Shown here: positions 21,329-33,209 of the stretch, in pieces | Numbering within the stretch: position 1 is the stretch's first letter | Layout: the number at the start of each line of letters is the position of its first letter | Assembly: GCA_963717435.1 (NCBI GenBank) | Contig: OY970332.1 | Span: 64,001-128,000 of the forward strand | Source of the DNA: an uncultured bacterium | GTDB lineage: Bacteria > Babelota > Babeliae > Babelales > Babelaceae | Direction: 5' to 3' | Length of the DNA: 64,000 nt | Program-made: the position numbers and the translations under genes | Notes under the pieces: generated by a model | The model's input: the letters and a program-made list of their open reading frames with translations, nothing else | Database searches by the model: none | What the model was told of the DNA's origin: nothing

Positions 21329-21766
21329 TTAACTAACCACATTTTGGTTTGGAACAACTTCTTTCTTTACGAATTTCGTTTTGATTGGAAGCTTATATGC
21401 AGCTAGGCGCAATGCCTCTTTTGCAGAAACTTCATCCAACCCCGAAATTTCACAAATAATACGTTCTCGTTTAACAACAGCAACCCAATACTCGACTCCA
21501 CCTTTACCCTTACCCATACGTGTTTCAGCAGGTTTTTTGGTTACCGGTTTGTCGGGGAAGACTCTTAAAAAAAGCTTACCTTCTTTTTTAAGTCTTCTTG
21601 AAATTGTTACACGAATAGCTTCTATTTGTTGTGCAGTAAGCCATACAGCCTCAACAGCTTGTAGACCATACTCACCAAAGGCTAAGTCTCTAGCCCCTTT
21701 TGAAAGTCCGCCTTTACGGCCTTTTTGGACTTTACGATATTTTGTTTTCTTTGGCATCAATGACAT
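21329..21766 (-). CDS. rplP: 50S ribosomal protein L16
   Basis: [22 protein letters not shown]. Confidence 0.98.
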   Translation of the reverse strand: MSLMPKKTKYRKVQKGRKGGLSKGARDLAFGEYGLQAVEAVWLTAQQIEAIRVTISRRLKKEGKLFLRVFPDKPVTKKPAETRMGKGKGGVEYWVAVVKRERIICEISGLDEVSAKEALRLAAYKLPIKTKFVKKEVVPNQNVVS

Positions 21767-21769
21767 TGC

Positions 21770-22414
21770 TTAATCTTTCTTGTATTCGCCTCTGCAAATC
21801 CAGACCTTAACGCCAATTACGCCATAAGTAGTTCTAGCTTCTTCAAAACCATAATCTACATCAGAGCGCAAAGTATGCAAAGGCACAGAACCTGAACGTT
21901 CCCATTCAGAACGGGCGATTTCAGCTCCACCCAATCTTCCTGAACAACAAATCTTTATTCCACGTGCGCCAGCTTTTAATGTACTCATTACAGCCTTTTT
22001 CATCGCACCTTTAAAGCTAACTCGCTTTTCAAGTTGTTCAGCTATATTTTTAGCAACTAAAGTAGCATTAAGTTCAGGGTTTTTAACTTCTTGAACTGAG
22101 ACTTCTACTGATCCACGTTTAAGCAAATCAGAAAGATCTTTACGTAATGCTTCAATGTCCTGGCCCTTCTTGCCAATAACAACACCTGGGCGAGCAGAAT
22201 GTAATATTATTCTAGCAGTTTCACCAGTTTTTTCTATCTCAACATCAGCAATTTCAGCAAATCCAAGATGCTTTTTTATATATTGTCTGATCTTCAAATC
22301 TTCAAATACTTGGCGAGCATAAGAATTCTTGTTGACTTTTGCAAACCAACGAGAACTCCAAGAGCGGAAGCCTCCGCCTATTCTGAACCCTATCGGGTGA
22401 ACTTTTTGTCCCAT
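21770..22414 (-). CDS. rpsC: 30S ribosomal protein S3
   Basis: MGQKVHPIGFR, RPGVVIGKKG, GRLGGAEIAR. Confidence 0.98.
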   Translation of the reverse strand: MGQKVHPIGFRIGGGFRSWSSRWFAKVNKNSYARQVFEDLKIRQYIKKHLGFAEIADVEIEKTGETARIILHSARPGVVIGKKGQDIEALRKDLSDLLKRGSVEVSVQEVKNPELNATLVAKNIAEQLEKRVSFKGAMKKAVMSTLKAGARGIKICCSGRLGGAEIARSEWERSGSVPLHTLRSDVDYGFEEARTTYGVIGVKVWICRGEYKKD

Positions 22415-22415
22415 A

Positions 22416-22772
22416 TTATACCTTTTTAGTTTCTAATTTAGATATAGATTCCAAGGTAACACTTATATGGCACAGACGTTTGCGTTGTGGCATAGCTCTG
22501 CCCTGCGCACCGGGTCTGAAATATTTATAAATTGGACCTTGATCCACACGTATTTCTTTAACTAACAAATTGCTTGCATCAAGATTTTGCAAATTTTTTG
22601 CATTTGCAATAGCTGATTCAACCAATTTTCTAATGGGACCAGATCTTTGTGTGCCATAGGTTAATAACCAACCCACAGCATGATCCGCGCCCTTTCCTCT
22701 TATCATATTCACAAGCGGTCTAAGCTTATAAGGCGAATATGATATATATTTAGCTTTCGCTACAAATTGCAT
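22416..22772 (-). CDS. rplV: 50S ribosomal protein L22
   Basis: SPYKLR, SAIANA, VDQGP. Confidence 0.96.
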   Translation of the reverse strand: MQFVAKAKYISYSPYKLRPLVNMIRGKGADHAVGWLLTYGTQRSGPIRKLVESAIANAKNLQNLDASNLLVKEIRVDQGPIYKYFRPGAQGRAMPQRKRLCHISVTLESISKLETKKV

Positions 22773-22824
22773 TTTAAGACCTCAATTCACTATTGTATAC
22801 AGTTTTTATAGTATACCATAAAAT

Positions 22825-23115
22825 TTATTTTTCTGCTGGAGCAGCACCAGTTTGTCTTTGACCACTATGCAGTCTAAACGTTCTGGTAGGTGCAAATTCA
22901 CCAAGTTTATGACCAACCATATCTTCAGTGACAAACACTGAAATAAACTTTCGGCCATCATGAACCGCTATGGTCAACCCTACAAATTCAGGAAGAACCA
23001 TGCTTCTGCGTGACCAGGTCTTGATAACTTCTCTTTTGCCAGAAGATTTAGTCTTCTCGACTTTGTTCATAAGAGATTCGTCAACAAAAGGACCCTTTTT
23101 GGTAGAACGAGCCAT
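22825..23115 (-). CDS. rpsS: 30S ribosomal protein S19
   Basis: KKGPFVD, TWSRRS, GHKLGEF. Confidence 0.98.
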   Translation of the reverse strand: MARSTKKGPFVDESLMNKVEKTKSSGKREVIKTWSRRSMVLPEFVGLTIAVHDGRKFISVFVTEDMVGHKLGEFAPTRTFRLHSGQRQTGAAPAEK

Positions 23116-23132
23116 ATTATTTGCCTTCTAGT

Positions 23133-23951
23133 TTAAGGTTTTCTTCTTTTAATTATAAGCGGATTATGACGCTTACGTGTTCTGGTACCCTTACAACCCT
23201 TACCCCACGGAGTTACAGGATGTGATCCAGATTTGGATCTACCTTCACCACCACCGTGTGGGTGATCAACAGGGTTCATGGCCATACCTCTAACGTGAGG
23301 TCTAAATCCACGATGTCTTGTACGTCCTGCTTTTCCTAGAGTAATATTCTTGTGATCAGCATTTCCAAGAACACCTACAGTTGCCCAGCAATCCAAATTA
23401 ACCATTCGAATTTCACCAGAAGGCATCGCCAACGTTACGTTAACATCGCCCTTTGCAACTATTCTAACAGAAGTACCTGCACTTCTTGCAAACTTTCCAC
23501 CAGAACCTGGTTTTATTTCAACATTATGAACAATAAAACCAACTGGTATAGAACGCAATGGGAGACAGTTACCAACTTTTGGTTCTACTTGTTCCCCTGC
23601 TGTTATAATAGTCCCTACTGTCAAACCTTCAGGCATTAAAATATATCTTTTGCAACCATTAGCATAAACAACAAGACCGATTCTAACATTACGATTTGGA
23701 TCATATTCTATTGAAACAACTTTTCCAAGAATATCACGTTCACTGCGTCTGAAATCGATAATACGATACTTCTTTTCAGCACCGCCACCACGATATCTAA
23801 CAGTGATACGACCGTAAGCATTTCTACCGCCACTTTTGCGTAAACCCACAACAAGACTACGTTCTGGTGACTTTGTAGTTATATCACTGTTGTCTATAAA
23901 AGTCTGGAAACGCAAAGATGGGTTTCTAGGTTTTCTACTTACTATAGCCAT
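23133..23951 (-). CDS. rplB: 50S ribosomal protein L2
   Basis: EYDPNR, MNPVDHPHGGGEG. Confidence 0.98.
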   Translation of the reverse strand: MAIVSRKPRNPSLRFQTFIDNSDITTKSPERSLVVGLRKSGGRNAYGRITVRYRGGGAEKKYRIIDFRRSERDILGKVVSIEYDPNRNVRIGLVVYANGCKRYILMPEGLTVGTIITAGEQVEPKVGNCLPLRSIPVGFIVHNVEIKPGSGGKFARSAGTSVRIVAKGDVNVTLAMPSGEIRMVNLDCWATVGVLGNADHKNITLGKAGRTRHRGFRPHVRGMAMNPVDHPHGGGEGRSKSGSHPVTPWGKGCKGTRTRKRHNPLIIKRRKP

Positions 23952-24287
23952 TTATATACCCTTACTAATTTGGTCATGTTGCATTGCTGCATTTTCAGCA
24001 CCTAACCCAGTATTAACCGAATAGCCCTCTTTAAGAGTAACTATAGCTTTTTTTACTGTTTTACCGTAGGTGATTCTACGACCAACTCTGCGAGTTTTAC
24101 CCTTGCGGATACTCGTTCTAACTTTTTCAACTTCTACATTAAATAATTTCTTTAATGCATCTGCAATCATCGGCTTATTCGCCTTAGGATGAACCTTTAA
24201 TGTAATTTGGTTCAAACCGTTTTGTTGCTTATAAGACTTCTCGGTAACCCAAGGGCCTTGAATAATATCATATATTGTTAAATCCAT
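23952..24287 (-). CDS. rplW: 50S ribosomal protein L23
   Basis: PWVTEK, ANK, KKAIVTL. Confidence 0.95.
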   Translation of the reverse strand: MDLTIYDIIQGPWVTEKSYKQQNGLNQITLKVHPKANKPMIADALKKLFNVEVEKVRTSIRKGKTRRVGRRITYGKTVKKAIVTLKEGYSVNTGLGAENAAMQHDQISKGI

Positions 24288-24904
24288 CTTCCAACCATTT
24301 CTTTAAAAGAGTCCGTATCTTTTTTTAGGAAAACCCAAGCTCTTCCATCTGCAAGATCATAAGCATTAGGCTGGTCAAAAAGAAGCATTTTTACATTTGG
24401 TAAGTTCGCAAACGACGCATGAATATTATGGTCATTTGGCGAAACAAACAAAACTATTTTTTCATTATGAAAATTATTGCTCTTTAGAGCTTTGAAAGCC
24501 GCTGATGTTTTTGGTGAATCACTTTCTAGATTCCAGTCTATAGAAAATATTTTTCGATTTTCTAAATACTGAGCCAACAAGTTTCCTAAAACCGTATTCT
24601 TCAACTTTTTTGAAAGCTTTAAGGTTCTAACTCTTTCTTGTGGACCAAAAATAACGCCACCCTTACGCCACAATGGAGATCTTAATGACCCTGCACGTGC
24701 ACGACCGGTACCCTTTTGCTTCCAAGGCTTCTTGTTTGAAAATGCCACTTCTGATCTATCTTTGCATGCAACTGTGCCTTGGCGCCAACCTTGACGCAAA
24801 GCTTTGACATATATAGACAAATTAACAGGTGAGCACTTTAGTGACTCCAAATCTTCCAATCGCAAATCGGAAGCAGTTACTATATTTGATTTTGTTATAT
24901 CCAT
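24278..24904 (-). CDS. rplD: 50S ribosomal protein L4
   Basis: [19 protein letters not shown]. Confidence 0.96.
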   Translation of the reverse strand: MDITKSNIVTASDLRLEDLESLKCSPVNLSIYVKALRQGWRQGTVACKDRSEVAFSNKKPWKQKGTGRARAGSLRSPLWRKGGVIFGPQERVRTLKLSKKLKNTVLGNLLAQYLENRKIFSIDWNLESDSPKTSAAFKALKSNNFHNEKIVLFVSPNDHNIHASFANLPNVKMLLFDQPNAYDLADGRAWVFLKKDTDSFKEMVGRWI

Positions 24905-24909
24905 ACTGC

Positions 24910-25533
24910 TTACCTGCTCTTCTTAACAAAAACTAAAGAACCTGATTTACCAGGAATAGTACCCTTAATAAGTACAACACCTGCGGCAGATTCTGTTTTA
25001 ATAACCTTAAGATTTTGCATGACGCGGCTATCGACACCCATGTGTCCAGGTAATTTTTTACCTTTTATAACCTTACCTTGGCTACGCATAAAACCTAGTG
25101 AACCAGGAGCTCTTCCAAGCTTGGAACCGTGGCTTGCTCTTCCGCCAGAAAAGTCATGTCGTCTCATACCGCCCGCAAAACCAGCACCCTTTGTTATGCC
25201 CCATACGTCGACAGAATCGCCGTTTGACAAAACAGAGTCCAAGTTAGTAATTTGACCAACAGTCAAACCTTCTACTGCGTCGGCTAAACGAATTTCTCTT
25301 AAACAACCAAAATATTTCTTAGGTGCAGAAATCCATTCTTGTGAAAATTCTTTGCCCGAAAATCTTGGCTTAATATATCCCACTTGAATTGCGTCATATC
25401 CGTCATTCTCTTTGGTTTTTATTTGTGTAATATACCAATTTGAGACGTCTATAACGGTCACGGGGACTACTTTATTTTCTGCTGTAAAAACTTGGGTCAT
25501 TCCAATTTTTTTACCCCAGAGACCATTAACCAT
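24910..25533 (-). CDS. rplC: 50S ribosomal protein L3
   Basis: [18 protein letters not shown]. Confidence 0.97.
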   Translation of the reverse strand: MVNGLWGKKIGMTQVFTAENKVVPVTVIDVSNWYITQIKTKENDGYDAIQVGYIKPRFSGKEFSQEWISAPKKYFGCLREIRLADAVEGLTVGQITNLDSVLSNGDSVDVWGITKGAGFAGGMRRHDFSGGRASHGSKLGRAPGSLGFMRSQGKVIKGKKLPGHMGVDSRVMQNLKVIKTESAAGVVLIKGTIPGKSGSLVFVKKSR

Positions 25534-25562
25534 TGAATGACCTTTCTTTGCTATCTTCTGTT

Positions 25563-25868
25563 CTATTTGATTTCAACGTCGACTCCAGATGAGATACTTA
25601 ATTTCATTAAAGCATCCATAGTTTGATCTGAAGGAGAAACAATATCTAAAAGACGTCTATGCGTTGTCAATTCAAATTGTTCTCTAGATTTTTTGTCAAC
25701 GTGAGGAGATCTCAAAACCGTGAAGCAGCGCTTCTTGTTAGGCAGAGGTACAGGTCCCATAACTTGGGAACCTGTACGCTTAACTGTCAAAACAATTTGA
25801 CGAACAGCTTTATCTAACAGCTGGTGATCGTACGATTTCAAGGTCAAACGAATTTTTTGTTTTTTCAT
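25563..25868 (-). CDS. rpsJ: 30S ribosomal protein S10
   Basis: [20 protein letters not shown]. Confidence 0.98.
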   Translation of the reverse strand: MKKQKIRLTLKSYDHQLLDKAVRQIVLTVKRTGSQVMGPVPLPNKKRCFTVLRSPHVDKKSREQFELTTHRRLLDIVSPSDQTMDALMKLSISSGVDVEIK

Positions 25869-25885
25869 ACGTTTTTCGCTCAAAA

Positions 25886-27076
25886 TTAGTCTAATATTTG
25901 TGTAACGATTCCTGATCCAACGGTCTTTCCGCCTTCACGGATTGGGAAACGTTGATCTTTTTCCATAGCAATTGATGTCATCAAATCAACAGTCAATTCA
26001 ACGTTATCACCAGGCATAACCATTTCGCGGCCAGCTGGAAGTGTTACATCACCGGTAACGTCTGTTGTTCTGAAATAGAACTGAGGACGATATCCTGTGA
26101 AGAACGGACTATGACGTCCACCTTCTTCTTTACTCAAAACATAAACTTGAGCTTTAAATTTCTTATGTGGAGTTACTGAACCTGGTTTAGCAAGAACCAT
26201 ACCACGTTCAATTTCTTCTTTCTTAGTACCACGCAACAAAATACCAACGTTGTCACCAGCTTCACCGAAATCCAGAGTTTTTCTGAACATTTCGATACCG
26301 GTTACTGTTGTCTTTTGTGAAGCACCAAGTCCAACTAATTCGATTTCATCGCCAACTTTGATACGGCCTCTTTCAACACGTCCTGTTGCAACTGTACCAC
26401 GACCAGGGATCGAGAATACACCCTCAACGGCCATCAAGAACGGCTTATCTACTTCGCGAGTTGGTTCTTTAACGTAATTATCAAGAGCATCCGCCAATTT
26501 CAAAATAGCTTGTTCACCAATTTCTGATGTATCGCCATTTAGAGCTTTTAGAGCAGATCCACGAATTACAGGAACTTCTTTTCCAGGGAATCCATATTTT
26601 GAAAGAAGATCACGAATTTCTTCTTCAACCATTTCAACCATGTCTGGATCATCGACCATATCAACTTTGTTCAAGAAAACAACGATTGAAGGTACGCCTA
26701 CGTTTTTAGCCAAAAGAATATGTTCTCTTGTTTGAGGCATAGCACCGTCAGCAGCAGAAACTACCAAGATAGCTCCGTCCATCTGAGCGGCACCCGTGAT
26801 CATATTTTTAATATAGTCAGCATGGCCAGGGCAGTCAACGTGCGCATAGTGACGCTTAGCTGTTTCATACTCAACGTGTGAAATAGCAATGGTAATACCA
26901 CGTGCTTTTTCTTCTGGAGCATTATCGATTTGATCATATTTTCTTGCTTCAGCCCAGCCCTTTTTAGACAAAACTGTTGTTATAGCCGCAGTTAAAGTAG
27001 TTTTACCATGATCAACGTGACCAATGGTACCGACGTTTACGTGAGGCTTTTTGCGCTCAAATACGCCTTTTGCCAT
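25886..27076 (-). CDS. tuf: Elongation factor Tu
   Basis: [36 protein letters not shown]. Confidence 0.99.
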   Translation of the reverse strand: MAKGVFERKKPHVNVGTIGHVDHGKTTLTAAITTVLSKKGWAEARKYDQIDNAPEEKARGITIAISHVEYETAKRHYAHVDCPGHADYIKNMITGAAQMDGAILVVSAADGAMPQTREHILLAKNVGVPSIVVFLNKVDMVDDPDMVEMVEEEIRDLLSKYGFPGKEVPVIRGSALKALNGDTSEIGEQAILKLADALDNYVKEPTREVDKPFLMAVEGVFSIPGRGTVATGRVERGRIKVGDEIELVGLGASQKTTVTGIEMFRKTLDFGEAGDNVGILLRGTKKEEIERGMVLAKPGSVTPHKKFKAQVYVLSKEEGGRHSPFFTGYRPQFYFRTTDVTGDVTLPAGREMVMPGDNVELTVDLMTSIAMEKDQRFPIREGGKTVGSGIVTQILD

Positions 27077-27106
27077 GTCATCTCCTAAGTGGAACTATTA
27101 TTTAAA

Positions 27107-29167
27107 CTATTTATTAACACTACCAAGAATTTGTTCTTGGACATTCTTTGCTACTTCTCTGTAGCATGCAAATTCCATGGAATAACTAGCGCGTCCTTTA
27201 GACATCGAACGCAGCTCAGTTGCGTAGCCAAACATTCTTTCAAGTGGAACTTCAGACTCAATAATCTGACTTCCATTTTTAGAATCCATGCTTAATATGC
27301 GGCCACGTCTTGCATTAAGATCACCTATCACATCACCCATATATTCTTCTGGCGTTTCAACTTCGACACGCATTATAGGCTCCAATAGAACCGGATCAGC
27401 TTTTGACATGGCAGCTCTAAATGCCATACCAGCTGCAATCTTAAATGCGATTTCAGAAGAGTCAACGTCGTGATACGACCCATCATAAACACTAGCTTTC
27501 ACGTCAACCACTGGATAACCACCCAATACACCGGTAGCAAGAGACTCTTCAAGTCCTTTTTCTACACCAGGTATATATTCTCTAGGAATGGTCCCTCCAA
27601 CGATATCGTTTTCAAACTCATAGCCTTTTCCTCTTTCAAGGGGCTCTAGCTTGATCCAGACGTGTCCATACTGTCCATGACCACCAGACTGACGGATAAA
27701 TTTACCCTCGGCTTGTGCAGGCTTTTGAATCGTTTCCTTAAAAGCAACTTGCAGCTTTCCTTGTGTCAATTCAACCTTATGCTCACGTTTCAATCTATCA
27801 ACGATAATTTCAAGATGAAGTTCTCCCATCCCTGAAATAACCGTCTGACTTGTTTCTTTATTATAAGAAAAATGAAATGACGGATCTTCTTGCATCATTT
27901 TACGCAATGCAATGGTCATCTTGTCATAATCATTTTTTGTTTTCGGTTCAACAGAAGAGTGAATAACTGGAACCGGTATATCGATTTTTTCAAGAATAAT
28001 TTTATTCTTTTCATCACAAAGAGTATCACCGGTTGTAGCTTCTTTAACTCCAACTATAGCTCCGATATCTCCAGCTTTTAATTCTTGAATTTCTTCTTTT
28101 TTGTTTGCATGAAGCTTAATAAGACGGCTTACGCGCTCAGTTACGTTTCTTGTAGCATTATAAACATAAGATCCAGATTTAATTGTACCTGAATAAACTC
28201 TTATGAAACTTAACACACCAACAAACGGGTCTGTCATAATCTTAAATACTAATGCAGAAAACGGTGCTTCAGGATCAGCTTTTCTTGACTGAAGTTTATC
28301 AACACTTTCTATAGGCGGAATATCTAATGGAGACGGCAAGTAATCAACAACCGCGTCCAACAATAATTGCACGCCCTTATTTTTGAAAGCAGATCCACAG
28401 AACGCAGGAGTTATTTTTCTATCAAGAACACCTTGGCGCAGAGCAGCTTTAATTTCAGGCAAAGATATAGGCTCTTCGTTTAAGAACTTTTCAGCTAAAG
28501 CGTCGTCAAGATCGCAAACTTTTTCTACAACCTTTAAGCGCATCTCTTTAGCTTGTTCTTTATATTCAGCAGGAATTTCTTGCCAAACAACTTTTGTGCC
28601 CTTATCGTCAACACTAAAAGTTGCCATTTTTTCAGTAAGCAGATCTATAATCGCTGCAAAATCTTCAGAAGCGCCAACAGGTATCTGCATAGCTATGGCA
28701 TTACCATTAAGCTTTGTATTAATATCTTTAACTACTTTAAAGTAATCAGCACCGATACGATCAAGCTTATTTACAAAAACAATTCTAGGAACTTTATATC
28801 TATTAGACTGTCTCCAAACGGTTTCTGATTGAGGCTGAACACTACCAACACCACAAAAAACAGCAACGAACCCATCAAGAACACGCAACGATCTTCCAAC
28901 CTCAATTGTAAAATCAACGTGACCCGGGGTATCGATTATATTTATATGATGACCAGCCCAGCTACATGTAACTGCAGCGGCCGTAATGGTAATACCTCTT
29001 TCACGCTCTTGTTCCATCCAGTCAGTAGTTGCCGCACCTTCATGAACTTCGCCAATCTTGTGCACCAAACCCGTATAGAATAGAATACGCTCTGTCAGGG
29101 TAGTTTTACCAGCATCAATATGAGCTGCGATACCTATATTTCTGTATTTTTCTAAACCGTTACTCAT
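27107..29167 (-). CDS. fusA: Elongation factor G
   Basis: [34 protein letters not shown]. Confidence 0.99.
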   Translation of the reverse strand: MSNGLEKYRNIGIAAHIDAGKTTLTERILFYTGLVHKIGEVHEGAATTDWMEQERERGITITAAAVTCSWAGHHINIIDTPGHVDFTIEVGRSLRVLDGFVAVFCGVGSVQPQSETVWRQSNRYKVPRIVFVNKLDRIGADYFKVVKDINTKLNGNAIAMQIPVGASEDFAAIIDLLTEKMATFSVDDKGTKVVWQEIPAEYKEQAKEMRLKVVEKVCDLDDALAEKFLNEEPISLPEIKAALRQGVLDRKITPAFCGSAFKNKGVQLLLDAVVDYLPSPLDIPPIESVDKLQSRKADPEAPFSALVFKIMTDPFVGVLSFIRVYSGTIKSGSYVYNATRNVTERVSRLIKLHANKKEEIQELKAGDIGAIVGVKEATTGDTLCDEKNKIILEKIDIPVPVIHSSVEPKTKNDYDKMTIALRKMMQEDPSFHFSYNKETSQTVISGMGELHLEIIVDRLKREHKVELTQGKLQVAFKETIQKPAQAEGKFIRQSGGHGQYGHVWIKLEPLERGKGYEFENDIVGGTIPREYIPGVEKGLEESLATGVLGGYPVVDVKASVYDGSYHDVDSSEIAFKIAAGMAFRAAMSKADPVLLEPIMRVEVETPEEYMGDVIGDLNARRGRILSMDSKNGSQIIESEVPLERMFGYATELRSMSKGRASYSMEFACYREVAKNVQEQILGSVNK

Positions 29168-29193
29168 AAAGATTCCTTATATACCAAGAATAT

Positions 29194-29676
29194 TTACCAA
29201 GAATAATGAGAGAACGCTCTGTTAGCTTCTGCCATCTTATGAACATCTAATTTCTTTTTAACAGCAGAACCACGGCCCTCTGAAGCTTCTAAAAGCTCAT
29301 AACCTAATCTCAGTCCCATAGTTTTGTCTGATCTCTCTTTAGCGGCGCCGATAAGCCAACGCATAGCAAGAGCTCTACTTCTTCTTGCAGGAACTTCTGT
29401 AGGTATTTGATAAACACTACCACCCACACGTCTTGCTTTAACTTCTATAAATGGAGCTATTTGTTCAAGCGCTTTATTGAAAAGAGCCAAACCCTTTTCT
29501 TTATCGCCGCTAGACTTCTTTACCAACAAATCAATAGCATCATAAACTATTTCACGCGCAGCATTCTTTTTGCCGCGCCACATAACAACATTAATTAATT
29601 TTTGTACGGTCTCTGAGTTGTATACAGGATCTGTACCGATATCTCTTATAAAATTGACCGATTTACGTCTTGGCAT
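29194..29676 (-). CDS. rpsG: 30S ribosomal protein S7
   Basis: RRVGGSVYQIP, HKMAEANRAF. Confidence 0.98.
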   Translation of the reverse strand: MPRRKSVNFIRDIGTDPVYNSETVQKLINVVMWRGKKNAAREIVYDAIDLLVKKSSGDKEKGLALFNKALEQIAPFIEVKARRVGGSVYQIPTEVPARRSRALAMRWLIGAAKERSDKTMGLRLGYELLEASEGRGSAVKKKLDVHKMAEANRAFSHYSW

Positions 29677-29688
29677 CTAGTAACCTTC

Positions 29689-30066
29689 CTACTTTTTAGC
29701 TGGACGCTTAGCGCCATATCTTGAACGACCTTGTCTTCTCTTTTCAACACCAGCAGAGTCCAATGTACCGCGAATAATATGGTACTTTACCCCTGGAAGA
29801 TCGGGCACTCTTCCGCCTCTTACTAGAACAACGGAGTGTTCTTGAAGATTATGGCCTTCACCCGGAATATAAGCGGTAACTTCTATACCTGTAGAAAGCT
29901 TAACGCGGGCAACCTTTCTCAAAGCTGAGTTAGGCTTTTTAGGCGTTTGCGTGAATACTCTTGTGCATACGCCACGAGCTTGAGGAGAGCCTTTAAGAGC
30001 GGCGCTCTTAGATTTGTACTTAGGCTTTCTTCGTGGGCTACGAATCAACTGATTAACTGTGGGCAT
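29689..30066 (-). CDS. rpsL: 30S ribosomal protein S12
   Basis: [28 protein letters not shown]. Confidence 0.99.
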   Translation of the reverse strand: MPTVNQLIRSPRRKPKYKSKSAALKGSPQARGVCTRVFTQTPKKPNSALRKVARVKLSTGIEVTAYIPGEGHNLQEHSVVLVRGGRVPDLPGVKYHIIRGTLDSAGVEKRRQGRSRYGAKRPAKK

Positions 30067-30173
30067 CGTAAAAAATCCCTGATTTATTATGTTTAAACAT
30101 TAATTTAATTTACACTAATTTCGTTATTGGCCAGAGATATTCCCTGAAAGACGTCATGATATGTCATGATATG

Positions 30174-30201
30174 ATTTTATCTTTTTTGTCGGAATTTTCA
30201 A
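30174..30201 (-). promoter_or_regulatory. Candidate sigma70 promoter of the rpsL superoperon
   Basis: TTGAAA-16 nt-TAAAAT on the minus strand about 110 nt upstream of rpsL; weak evidence in AT-rich DNA. Confidence 0.35.
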
Positions 30202-30356
30202 GTTGAAGCATTTAAGAAACTTAAGAAAACTTCGTTAAGAGGCTTTGTTTTCACAGCTTGCTTTACTTAAAATCTGGTATCTACTAAAATATTTCTGTAA
30301 TTAATTTTAACATATTTTCAAACAGATACAAATTTTATCTTACAAAAAGGACAATT

Positions 30357-31499
30357 ATGAACTATTTAAGCCAAATATTCTGTGGTTTCCAGGCCCCACT
30401 TTTTGTGGCAATAAGCCTACTTGGAATTGGTTTTCTTATCACCTTCCATGAACTTGGCCATTTTTTGTTCTGTAAGTTGTTTAATATAAAAACTCCCTCT
30501 TTTTCTATAGGCTTTGGTCCAAAACTACTAGAAAAAAAGATTGGCGAAACCACATTTTCACTTTCAGCTATACCCATGGGCGGATATGTTGAGATAGCCG
30601 GCGCGGCTGAACCCGGCCAAGGCGATCAGTCTCATGCAAATTCCAGAGCTCATGACTCTTTCGCTGTAAAGCCATATTATCAAAAAATGTTTGTAATATT
30701 TGGCGGTATTACTTTCAATCTATTTTTTGCACTTTTTGCCCTAAGCTGTCTATATTATTTTGGCATGCCCCAATCCCCACTTTTAGCTCTAAAACATGGC
30801 AAAACTATATTAAATAATATAACCCCAGGCTCTCCGGCAGAAAAAGCGGGCCTTAAATCCCAAGACAAAATAATCTCTATAAATAATAATAACCTAAATA
30901 ATAGCATCACAAACCTGCTCGCATCTGTCGCAAAGCTACCCAATCAAGAAGCAGAATTTCTAATCGAACGCAACGGACAAACTCAAAATATTAAAGTTCT
31001 TATAGGCGAACAACAACGTGGTAGCAAAAAAGTTGGCTACTTGGGGGTAGATTTTGTAATAGAAGATCTTAAAAATTTGGGTCTTATTAGTTCTATAAAA
31101 TCTGGAATTAGCTTAACCTGGTTTTTAGTTACTCAAACATTTATGTCTTTCAAGAACATGCTAGCTTCAAAAAGCGCCGACGGCGTATCTGGACCAATTG
31201 GGGTGGTGTCAAACATGTTCACGGCATGCAAACATGGCCTGGGGCAATTTTTACTTATTCTTGCCATGATTAGCATAGGTCTCGCTGTTTTAAATCTAAT
31301 TCCAATACCAATCTTAGATGGCGGCCAAGCACTTATTTATACAATAGAGGCTTTAATTAGAAGAGAATTGCCAGAAAACTTAAAGTATTACGTTCAACTT
31401 TCTTGCTGGCTCGCTTTTATCGCGCTGTTTTTGTTTATTTCTTACAAAGACCTGCTCGCACTTTTAAAGCCATATTTAACTAAATTTATGGGGCAGTAA
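30357..31499 (+). CDS. rseP: Site-2 protease RseP (M50, PDZ)
   Basis: HELGH, FSIGFG, PDZ GSPAEKAGL, NLIPIPILDGG. Confidence 0.95.
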   Translation: MNYLSQIFCGFQAPLFVAISLLGIGFLITFHELGHFLFCKLFNIKTPSFSIGFGPKLLEKKIGETTFSLSAIPMGGYVEIAGAAEPGQGDQSHANSRAHDSFAVKPYYQKMFVIFGGITFNLFFALFALSCLYYFGMPQSPLLALKHGKTILNNITPGSPAEKAGLKSQDKIISINNNNLNNSITNLLASVAKLPNQEAEFLIERNGQTQNIKVLIGEQQRGSKKVGYLGVDFVIEDLKNLGLISSIKSGISLTWFLVTQTFMSFKNMLASKSADGVSGPIGVVSNMFTACKHGLGQFLLILAMISIGLAVLNLIPIPILDGGQALIYTIEALIRRELPENLKYYVQLSCWLAFIALFLFISYKDLLALLKPYLTKFMGQ

Positions 31500-31534
31500 T
31501 TTAAAGCTAAAAAAATTTAGTAACATTCAACTTC

Positions 31535-31565
31535 AAAAATAGTGGGCAAATTACCCGCTATTTTT
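31535..31565. terminator. Bidirectional terminator between rseP and pgi
   Basis: AAAAATAGTGGG...CCCGCTATTTTT between convergent genes. Confidence 0.6.
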
Positions 31566-33024
31566 ATTTCAGTAATTTTCTTGTTTCGACTTTATACAAC
31601 TCAACTTGGGGCTGGTCAAACGGGTTAATATTTAATAATTTCGCAAGATATATAACTTCGAGCATTTTGAACTGCAAAAACTGCCCCAAATAATACTCTG
31701 ATATTTCGGGAAATATTATAGACACATACGGGCGCCCAGAATTTTTATAAGCATTACAGGTGCCTGTAAATATTGCGCCAAGAATATCACCTACTGATTT
31801 ATTTTGAATTTCTGGAACAAGTTTATTTAATTCAGGCAAGTCTGGGATATTAATATCAAGTCCCGCTTGATCCCTCGATACATTCTTCTCGCTCTTACAG
31901 AGCATCGAAGAACACTCGGGACGAGCGGGAGAAAAATCAACTTTATTCAAACAAAAACACCCTACTGATATAAAACTCGTAAACTTGTCATATGGGCCGC
32001 CAAGATATAACTGGGCAACAGAATGCAGGTCGGTGGATCCAACTGACACAGTCGGCGTAATACCAACAAAAACTTCTTTACCTGAAAGATCTAACTGCTT
32101 GCCAAGACTTTCCCCCACAAGTTGTCTGTACCATTGTCCTAGGGCAAATAAATTGGGTAAAAATATAAAGCTGTCATGAATATTAATTTTGTTTTTATGG
32201 TTTTTATAATGCTCAAATAAAATCGCCGCACTTATAGCCGGGTTATTATCAACACTATTTTTCACAGAGTCTGGGTTAAAACAAATATCAAGCATGTCTT
32301 GCGCACCTTGGCACAAACTTTCTGTATCTATATCAATTAATTTTAGGGGAAATAAACCAACAGCAGACAAGACCGAATACCTGCCCCCAACATTTTTGGG
32401 GATCTCAAGTAGACTAAATTTTTCTTTTTGGGCAAGATCCCAAAGCTTAGAATTTTTATCTGTAGTAGCAACTATGTAATCTTTATAATTTTCGGGTTTA
32501 TATTTTTTTAATAAATCTAAAAACAGTGCAAAATTTGCTACTGTCTCAGTTGTCGTACCAGACTTACTAATAACGTTTAAAATTATATTATTTCCAGAGA
32601 TTAACTCTTGTTCAACTAGCTTTAAAATAGAACTTGTATAACTTGGCTCAATAGTATCGGCAAAATAAACTTTAAGTGCACTTGTGTCTCTATAATACTG
32701 ATTAGAATATAAGCCATAAATAGCTTGAAATACTGCTTGAGTTCCCAAATTTGAGCCACCAATTCCAATAATAACTAAAACTTTTGGTGATAATAATTTT
32801 TTTTGCTCTACAAGCTTGTTAACAGCTTCGCGTAGTTCTTTATCTCTAGGCAAATTTAAACTTGCGTATTCAGAATCATAATTAGTTTTTTTATCAGAAT
32901 TTAATAAATTCAAGACTTGCGAAATCTTTAAAGATTCAGATTTCAATATTTCAAGATTTTTCTCAATATCCTGCTTCTGAACCAAACAACTGTCTAAGTA
33001 ATTAAATAATATCCGCTTCAACAA
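31564..33024 (-). CDS. pgi: Glucose-6-phosphate isomerase (carries an in-frame hairpin element)
   Basis: GIGGSNLG, SKSGTTTET, VGGRYS, ESLGK, DLHS, NPFDQPQVE. Confidence 0.95.
   Translation of the reverse strand: MLKRILFNYLDSCLVQKQDIEKNLEILKSESLKISQVLNLLNSDKKTNYDSEYASLNLPRDKELREAVNKLVEQKKLLSPKVLVIIGIGGSNLGTQAVFQAIYGLYSNQYYRDTSALKVYFADTIEPSYTSSILKLVEQELISGNNIILNVISKSGTTTETVANFALFLDLLKKYKPENYKDYIVATTDKNSKLWDLAQKEKFSLLEIPKNVGGRYSVLSAVGLFPLKLIDIDTESLCQGAQDMLDICFNPDSVKNSVDNNPAISAAILFEHYKNHKNKINIHDSFIFLPNLFALGQWYRQLVGESLGKQLDLSGKEVFVGITPTVSVGSTDLHSVAQLYLGGPYDKFTSFISVGCFCLNKVDFSPARPECSSMLCKSEKNVSRDQAGLDINIPDLPELNKLVPEIQNKSVGDILGAIFTGTCNAYKNSGRPYVSIIFPEISEYYLGQFLQFKMLEVIYLAKLLNINPFDQPQVELYKVETRKLLK
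31870..31928 (+). repeat. Family A palindromic element, copy 3 (in-frame in pgi)
   Basis: ATCCCTCGATACATTCTTCTCGCTCTTACAGAGCATCGAAGAACACTCGGGACGAGCGG; outer stem TCCCGCT/AGCGGGA. Confidence 0.95.
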
Positions 33025-33209
33025 AATGGGCCCTTATAAATTTAACAAAAAATTTTAATTAATTTTTTAAGTAATTTCTTTTAATAAATTTGTTGATTTA
33101 TTAACAACAAAAATAATAAATATAACTTGAGTATCACAATAAAAAGTAGCTTTAACAAGTGAATCTAATTTAAAATCTTAAAATCCTTAAAACCTATTGG
33201 AGAGATGTC

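Noticed and set aside
10874-29598. Many plus-strand ORFs of 60-130 aa across the ribosomal superoperon
   Set aside because: They are antisense shadows of conserved minus-strand genes, with no recognisable motifs.
30153-30172. Tandem GTCATGATAT x2 upstream of rpsL
   Set aside because: Could be an operator, but two copies of a 10-mer with no other occurrence are not enough support.
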